Positions 58,084 to 64,000 of a DNA stretch of 64,000 nucleotides are shown one piece after another. The notes under the pieces are model-generated. The model worked only from the letters and a program-made list of their open reading frames with translations. It was not told where the DNA came from and searched no databases. The stretch covers positions 5,027-69,026 of the forward strand of contig DAOVIO010000006.1 in the NCBI GenBank assembly GCA_030673645.1. The letters are read 5' to 3'. Origin of the DNA: Bacteroidales bacterium. GTDB taxonomy: Bacteria > Bacteroidota > Bacteroidia > Bacteroidales > GCA-2748055. Numbering within the stretch: position 1 is the first letter of the stretch; each line of letters starts with the position of its first letter. The position numbers and the translations under genes are program-made.

Positions 58084-58908
58084 TTATTCCTTTTCCCTCT
58101 CAGCTTCTTCCTTTTTCTGTGCTCTAATAATTCTCCTTGAAATAAATATACCAACTTCATAAAGTATAATAAGTGGAACGGCAACAAGAACCTGGCTAAA
58201 AACATCAGGAGGGGTAATTATTGCAGACATTGCAAGAATGACAACCAGAGAATGTTTCCGGTATTTCTTCATAAATTCCGGAGTGATTAATCCTGCTTTG
58301 GTCAGAAAAAAAGCGAGTACAGGCAATTCAAATATCAGTCCTGAAGCCAGAACAACTGAGGCTAAAGTACTAACATAAGAAATAAGGTTTATCTGATTCG
58401 TTACTTCCGAGCTAACGGAATAACTTCCAAGGAAATGAACGGTAAGAGGAGATATAATATAATAGCCAAAAAGTACTCCGAGAATAAATAAAAATGAACT
58501 ATATAAAACGGCACCACGGGAATGTTTTTTTTCACCGGTATGCATTGCCGGCACAACAAAGCTCCAAAATTGATAAAAAACATATGGAAAAGAAACAACG
58601 AAACCAGCAATAAGAGATACCATAATATGCATTGTAAACTGACCAGCCATTTTAATGGAAATAATTTCCAGAGGCAATGTATTAATGCATAATTTTAATA
58701 CACCGACTAATTTCCCGACTTTGCACAAAAATAAATTAGTTGGAAATTCGGGAGATTTTGGCCCAAGAATTACTGCACTGAATATAAAGTCTTTAAAAAT
58801 AAACGCTACAATAGCCATAAAAAAGACACTTAGAAATGCTTTCACTATATGCCATCTTAATTCTTCCAGATGCTCAAGAAAAGACATTTCTTCATCGTTC
58901 TTTGCCAT
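58084..58908 (-). CDS. tatC: twin-arginine translocase subunit TatC
   Basis: MSFLEHLEELRWHI N-terminus and 6-TM topology. Confidence 0.9.
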   Translation of the reverse strand: MAKNDEEMSFLEHLEELRWHIVKAFLSVFFMAIVAFIFKDFIFSAVILGPKSPEFPTNLFLCKVGKLVGVLKLCINTLPLEIISIKMAGQFTMHIMVSLIAGFVVSFPYVFYQFWSFVVPAMHTGEKKHSRGAVLYSSFLFILGVLFGYYIISPLTVHFLGSYSVSSEVTNQINLISYVSTLASVVLASGLIFELPVLAFFLTKAGLITPEFMKKYRKHSLVVILAMSAIITPPDVFSQVLVAVPLIILYEVGIFISRRIIRAQKKEEAEREKE

Positions 58909-59126
58909 AAATAATAATTTTACAAAAAAAAATAATAATTTTAAAAATGTAAAAGTAAATAAAAAATCACAGGTTTATTTGCTAATTTATTGTCTTAGTT
59001 TTTTTATTTTTGATTTTTATTGTAAATTTAATTCATTAACCCACTTCTCTAGCTATAAATCTTAAAAAATGAAAAAATCTGCTTTTAGAAATAAAGTTTT
59101 AATAAATTGATAAGAAATACTTTACA

Positions 59127-61313
59127 ATGGCTTTAGAGGGTGATATAGATTTACATCATTTTCTGAAAAAGTACTTTGGATTTGATAGTTTCAAAGGAAA
59201 TCAGGAAAACATAATCAGAAATGTTCTTTCGGGCAAGGATGGTTTCATATTAATGCCTACAGGAGGCGGAAAATCTCTATGTTATCAGTTACCTGCTATT
59301 ATTATGGAGGGGACTGCTATCATCATTTCCCCTCTGATTGCTCTTATGAAGAATCAGGTTGATGCTATGCGAAGTTTCAGTACAGATGATGGAATCGCGC
59401 ATTTTCTTAATTCTTCACTTACAAAACTTCAAATAGCTAAAGTAAAGGAAGATGTGTTATCTGGATCAACAAAGCTTCTTTATGTTGCTCCCGAATCTCT
59501 TACAAAAGAAGAAAATATTTTATTTCTTCAAAAAGTCAAAATAACTTTTTATGCTGTTGATGAAGCTCATTGTATTTCTGAATGGGGACATGATTTCAGA
59601 CCTGAGTATAGAAGAATAAGACCAATCATTAATAAAATTGGAAATGCACCAATAATTGCTCTTACGGCAACAGCCACACCAAAGGTTCAGCATGATATTC
59701 AGAAAAATCTTGATATGCTTCAGGCTCAGGTATTTAAGGATTCCTTCAGGAGGGCGAACCTTTATTATGAAATACAGCCTAAAATAAATGCTACTAAAGA
59801 GATTATTAAATATATAGCTAACAATAAAGGAAAATCAGGTATAATTTATTGTCTAAGCCGAAAGAAAGTTGAGGAACTAGCTGAAAATCTAGTTGTTAAC
59901 CATATTAAAGCGCTACCTTATCATGCTGGCATGGATGCTACAACTCGTTCCAGAAATCAGGATATGTTCCTAATGGAGGACGTTGATGTAATAGTAGCAA
60001 CCATTGCATTTGGGATGGGGATTGATAAACCTGATGTCCGCTTTGTTATTCATTATGATATTCCAAAATCATTAGAAGCATATTATCAGGAGACGGGTCG
60101 TGGAGGACGCGATGGAGGAGAAGGGCGCTGTATAGCTTTTTATAGCTATAAAGATATTCAGAAGCTTGAAAAATTTATGCAGGGAAAACCAGTTGCCGAA
60201 CAGGAAATAGGAAGGCAACTATTGCTTGAAACTGTTTCCTATGCCGAATCGGCAGTTTGCAGACCGAAAGTATTACTAAATTATTTCGGGGAAGTTATGC
60301 AAGAAAATTGTGGAAATTGTGATAATTGTTTGCATCCTAAAGAACAATTTGAAGGAAAGGACGACATGGTGAATGCCCTGAAGGTTATCCTTGAGATAAA
60401 AGAGAAATTTAAAGTTGATCATGTAGCCAGTATTCTATCCGGACAAGCCAGTTCATCTGTTAAAGCATATAGTCATCATAAAATTGAAATGTTTGGCATA
60501 GGAAAAGATAAGGATGATAAATTTTGGAATGCTGTCCTTCGTCAGGCATTAATTGCAAGATTTATTTCAAAGGATATTGAAAGCTATGGACTACTGAAAA
60601 TAACAGAGTTGGGGCACAAATTTATTCAGAAACCTGTTTCTCACATTCTTACATTGGACCATGATTATAGTGCACGTAAGGATGATTCTGATTCAGGTGG
60701 TGCAGGAAGTGGCGCTATGGATACTGAGCTTTTTAGCATTTTGAAAGACCTTCGAAAAAAAATAGCTAAGAAAAATGAACTGCCTCCATTTGTCATTTTC
60801 CAGGATCCTTCTTTACAAGATATGGCTATTCAGTACCCTATCGATATTGAAGAATTGCATAATATTGTTGGAGTCGGCGCAGGAAAAGCCAAAAGATATG
60901 GAAAAGAATTTATTGAATTAATAAAAATCTATGTGGATGAGAAAGAAATTATTCGCCCACAAGATATGGTTGTAAAATCGGTCGTCAATAAGTCTGGATT
61001 CAAAGTATATATCATTTCAAGTATCGATAGACAAATTTCACTCGATGATATTGCTGATGCAAAGAAGCTTTCACTTAAGGATCTTCTCACTGAGATAGAA
61101 GTTATCATTAATTCAGGAACCAAACTTAATCTGGATTACTACATCAATCAGGTTGTTGATGAAGATAAACAAGAGGACATATATCTTTATTTTAAAGAGG
61201 ATGCTGAAAGTGAATCCATTGAAGAAGCATTGAAGGAACTAGGAGAAGAAGATTATACTGAAGAAGAAATTCGCTTGATCAGAATTAAGTTTATGTCGGA
61301 AATGGGTCAGTAG
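59127..61313 (+). CDS. recQ: ATP-dependent DNA helicase RecQ
   Basis: FGFDSFKGNQ, MPTGGGKSLCYQ, DEAHC, Zn-binding CGNCDNC, RQC and C-terminal HRDC regions; 728 aa. Confidence 0.95.
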   Translation: MALEGDIDLHHFLKKYFGFDSFKGNQENIIRNVLSGKDGFILMPTGGGKSLCYQLPAIIMEGTAIIISPLIALMKNQVDAMRSFSTDDGIAHFLNSSLTKLQIAKVKEDVLSGSTKLLYVAPESLTKEENILFLQKVKITFYAVDEAHCISEWGHDFRPEYRRIRPIINKIGNAPIIALTATATPKVQHDIQKNLDMLQAQVFKDSFRRANLYYEIQPKINATKEIIKYIANNKGKSGIIYCLSRKKVEELAENLVVNHIKALPYHAGMDATTRSRNQDMFLMEDVDVIVATIAFGMGIDKPDVRFVIHYDIPKSLEAYYQETGRGGRDGGEGRCIAFYSYKDIQKLEKFMQGKPVAEQEIGRQLLLETVSYAESAVCRPKVLLNYFGEVMQENCGNCDNCLHPKEQFEGKDDMVNALKVILEIKEKFKVDHVASILSGQASSSVKAYSHHKIEMFGIGKDKDDKFWNAVLRQALIARFISKDIESYGLLKITELGHKFIQKPVSHILTLDHDYSARKDDSDSGGAGSGAMDTELFSILKDLRKKIAKKNELPPFVIFQDPSLQDMAIQYPIDIEELHNIVGVGAGKAKRYGKEFIELIKIYVDEKEIIRPQDMVVKSVVNKSGFKVYIISSIDRQISLDDIADAKKLSLKDLLTEIEVIINSGTKLNLDYYINQVVDEDKQEDIYLYFKEDAESESIEEALKELGEEDYTEEEIRLIRIKFMSEMGQ

Positions 61314-61335
61314 GGGGTGGTGTGCTGGTGGTTAA
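61314..61335. repeat. GC-rich intergenic element (E7)
   Basis: ggggtggtgtgctggtggttaa lies immediately after the recQ TAG stop. Confidence 0.5.
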
Positions 61336-61432
61336 GATGAATCTATCAATTCTTTTTTCAATTAAAATTCTACTGTGAAATAACAATTCCAATTAAAATC
61401 AGTTATTTTAATATCTGATTAATTACCATTAT

Positions 61433-62332
61433 ATGAATAATAATGTCGTTTTCCAAACCAAGAACCTTAGTAAATCCTACGGTTCAACAATTGCCATTAA
61501 TGATGTTTCACTAAAAGTTGAAACGGGAGAGATATTTGGGATTCTTGGCCCAAATGGAAGTGGCAAAACAACAACACTTTCTATTGCAACAGGCATTGTA
61601 GATGCCGATAGTGGCGAATTCAACTGGTTTAATTCTTATCCCGATCATAATAGCAGAAAAAAAATTGGGTCATTAATTGAAGTGCCTCACTTCTATCCTT
61701 ACCTAAGCCTGGTTCAAAATCTAAAAATTATATCGCAAATAAAAGAACTCGAGTATAATGATATCGATCGAGTATTGAAATTGGTAAAACTTTACGATCG
61801 GAGACATTCAAAATTCAGAACCCTATCACTCGGAATGAAACAACGTTTAGGAATTTCAGCGGCTATGTTAGGAGATCCTGAAGTGATGGTTTTGGATGAA
61901 CCAACAAACGGACTCGATCCGGAAGGTATTGTAGAGGTAAGAGACCTGATAATTTCACAAGCCAGGCGAGGTAAAACTATATTAATGGCTTCTCACATAT
62001 TAAGTGAAGTAGAAAAAGTTTGTAGTCATGTTGCTATTCTAAAAGAAGGCAAACTTCTGGAACAAGGAAGTGTAGGTTCAATAATTAAGGGCAAAAGCAC
62101 CTTGGAAGTGGCAAGTGAGGATCTAAATGTTTTGCATGAAGCTTTAAAATCCTGCAAATTTATCGCTAACCTTAAACAGGAACCGGATAGTTTCATACTT
62201 GAACTTAATGATGATTCAAGCGCTACCGAGCTTAACGCTTATCTTTTTGATAAATCGATAATACTATCCAAAATCATTCATCACAAAAAATCTCTGGAAA
62301 GTCAGTTTCTGAAACTTGTAAAAGAAAGTTGA
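61433..62332 (+). CDS. ABC transporter ATP-binding protein (ABC-2 exporter type)
   Basis: GILGPNGSGKTT, LSLGMKQRLGI, MVLDEPTNGLDP. Confidence 0.85.
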   Translation: MNNNVVFQTKNLSKSYGSTIAINDVSLKVETGEIFGILGPNGSGKTTTLSIATGIVDADSGEFNWFNSYPDHNSRKKIGSLIEVPHFYPYLSLVQNLKIISQIKELEYNDIDRVLKLVKLYDRRHSKFRTLSLGMKQRLGISAAMLGDPEVMVLDEPTNGLDPEGIVEVRDLIISQARRGKTILMASHILSEVEKVCSHVAILKEGKLLEQGSVGSIIKGKSTLEVASEDLNVLHEALKSCKFIANLKQEPDSFILELNDDSSATELNAYLFDKSIILSKIIHHKKSLESQFLKLVKES

Positions 62333-62390
62333 GGTTCGTTTTAAATATTATCAAGGATCAATAATAAATAGATAACTTAAATATTTTCTT

Positions 62391-63221
62391 GTGAAAAAAT
62401 TATTCCGTATAGAATTTTCGAAAACAATAAATTTCGGGCCAGTGAAAATTCTGATCCCACTGCATATTTTATTTTTCTTTTTAGGATTCTTTGCCATTCC
62501 CAGGATAAAAATAGATTTCCCATTCCTTTCTGTACTTCCCTTGTACCAGTTTCCCCACGTTTGGAATTTTATTACCTGGATTGGTGGAATCTATAATTTG
62601 ACTTTAGTATTGCTTATTATCATGCTTACTTGTATGGAATTCAGCAATAAAACCTATAAGCATCAAGCTATTTTTGGTTTAAGTCGCAAAGAATTATTTA
62701 TACAAAAGGTAATGCTTGCTGCAAGCTTTTCCTTTTACGTGGTAATTCTCACATTTATTACTGTGATGATCTCGGGATTAATATATAGCTATAAAATTAC
62801 GCCCACGATAATTTTCGACAGATCATGGATCCTTCTTGCAAGTTTTCTTCAAAACTTCATCTGGTTGATGCTTGGTGTATTATTTGCATTGATATTCAAA
62901 AATGTGATTTTGGCAGTGTTAAGCTTTGGATTCTACCGGGTAATGTTCGAGCCCATTATCCGAAGCCTTGTTGAAAAGGAAAATAGCTGGTATTTTCCAA
63001 CTAAGTTTGTATCTAAACTGACACCGGAACCCGATATTCTTAATATTGTTAAAGATAAACTTCAAGAAGCTGATCAGGTAAGTCCAGCTGAGCTGGAAAG
63101 CATTGGAGAAACCTTATTTCCCGATATCCCTATAATCCAAAATATCACTCTGAGCCTGATCTTTCTGAGTCTGATATTAATTTTTACTTATTATATCTTT
63201 CAAAAAAGAAGACTAAATTAA
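62391..63221 (+). CDS. ABC-2-type transporter permease (putative)
   Basis: 276-aa, ~6-TM protein directly after the ATPase. GTG start at 62391, with no nearby in-frame ATG. Confidence 0.55.
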   Translation: MKKLFRIEFSKTINFGPVKILIPLHILFFFLGFFAIPRIKIDFPFLSVLPLYQFPHVWNFITWIGGIYNLTLVLLIIMLTCMEFSNKTYKHQAIFGLSRKELFIQKVMLAASFSFYVVILTFITVMISGLIYSYKITPTIIFDRSWILLASFLQNFIWLMLGVLFALIFKNVILAVLSFGFYRVMFEPIIRSLVEKENSWYFPTKFVSKLTPEPDILNIVKDKLQEADQVSPAELESIGETLFPDIPIIQNITLSLIFLSLILIFTYYIFQKRRLN

Positions 63222-64000
63222 GATCGGGCATCAAGCCTATCACGTAATCCATTACCCAGGAGAGTAAAAGCAAGAACCAGAATCATTATAGCTAGTCCGG
63301 GAATAAAAGCAAGAAAAGCTTTATCCACAATGATAAAACCATAATGATCCCGAATCATCGTACCCCATGAAGGTATCGGTGGCTGAACGCCTATCCCAAG
63401 AAAACTAAGTCCGGCTTCAATAAGGATAGCTGACGCAAAGTTAGAGGCAGCAATTATAATTAAGGGCGAGGCTACGTTGGGAAGTATATGACGATATAAT
63501 ATCCGAAAACTACTCAAGCCTGTAACAATGGCGGCATCTATATACTCAAGCTTTCTAATACTTTTAACCTGTCCTCTTACAACTCTTGCAACTTCAACCC
63601 ACATACTCACACCTACAGCAATAAATATTTGCCAGAATCCCTTTCCCAGTACCATCGTAAGAGCGATAACAAGTAATAATGTTGGTATAGACCAGATTAC
63701 ATTTATAAACCACATAATAAGTTTATCGACAAAGCCTGAATAATACCCGGATACAAGACCGAGAAATGTTCCAATAAATAGCGAGATGAAAACAGCAATA
63801 AATCCAACAGCCATAGAAATCCTTGTTCCTAATACTAACCTGCTAAACATATCTCTGCCAAACCTGTCCGTGCCAAAAATAAACCTTCTTGTAACTAAGT
63901 TCTCCCTTTCAATCATCGATTGAATATCTGCAAAGGAATAATGCCTGGGAACATCTTCAGCATGAATAAATATTTCATTGATCTTAGGATCAACTGTATA
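63218..64000 (-). CDS. ABC transporter permease, DppC/OppC-like; N-terminus cut by window edge
   Basis: Binding-protein-dependent transport inner-membrane signature (EAGLSFLGIGVQPPIPSWG). The frame stays open upstream of the track's Met (YTVDPKINEIFIHAEDVPRHYSFADIQS-M...) to position 64000. Confidence 0.8.
   Translation of the reverse strand, partial: YTVDPKINEIFIHAEDVPRHYSFADIQSMIERENLVTRRFIFGTDRFGRDMFSRLVLGTRISMAVGFIAVFISLFIGTFLGLVSGYYSGFVDKLIMWFINVIWSIPTLLLVIALTMVLGKGFWQIFIAVGVSMWVEVARVVRGQVKSIRKLEYIDAAIVTGLSSFRILYRHILPNVASPLIIIAASNFASAILIEAGLSFLGIGVQPPIPSWGTMIRDHYGFIIVDKAFLAFIPGLAIMILVLAFTLLGNGLRDRLDARS

Noticed and set aside
61324-61331. Exact E. coli Chi octamer GCTGGTGG inside element E7, with near-matches GCTGGTGC, GCTGGTGT and GCTGGTTG in the other elements
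   Set aside because: Chi sequences are species-specific and strongly co-oriented with replication. Here the G-rich strand switches orientation several times within 64 kb, and the motif is confined to intergenic GC islands. A Chi role is therefore unlikely, and I treat the match as part of the repeat family.
63218-63221. Convergent genes whose stop codons overlap in the palindrome TTAA
   Set aside because: This is a real sequence feature but a trivial consequence of tight packing, with no evidence of function.

Overview
AT-rich chromosomal segment, most consistent with a Bacteroidota genome. Support: a PorQ-like T9SS gene next to cmk-ispH, a protein with a T9SS C-terminal sorting domain, many lipoprotein-type glycan enzymes, and TAnnTTTG-type -7 boxes upstream of several genes. 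I support about 55 protein genes (both window edges cut a gene) and one tRNA-Leu(UAG). There is no rRNA, CRISPR array, transposase or integrase. Most of the window is housekeeping: pgi; purH-mreBCD-mrdA-rodA; mgtE-rsmA; priA; pfkA; ispH-cmk; tig-clpP-clpX; lptB-tatC; recQ; ABC transporters. Three things stand out. (1) 38.4-53.6 kb holds a SusD-less glycan-utilisation locus. It runs from a ToxR/CadC-like membrane regulator through a TonB-dependent receptor and a T9SS-sorted beta-helix protein, across an intercistronic hairpin, into a tightly packed six-gene operon. That operon joins pectin-type enzymes (GH105, GH28, PL22-like propeller) to three unusual partners. These are an alkaline-phosphatase-family protein whose Zn1 ligands and Arg166 appear substituted, an uncharacterised alpha/alpha-toroid lipoprotein, and a purple-acid-phosphatase-like metallophosphoesterase fused to TPR repeats. 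This is my best candidate for an undescribed system. (2) An AbiEi/AbiEii toxin-antitoxin pair and an ORF6N gene flank a conserved-type glycosyltransferase between porQ and ykgJ. (3) A modular family of GC-rich intergenic elements recurs at seven sites: TGCTGGT-containing G/T-rich quasi-heptads, TCCCGAT hairpins, a shared ~45-nt module and a TIR-bounded ~190-bp element. Several of these abut TAG stop codons. All functional calls come from reading the translations by eye, with no database search.
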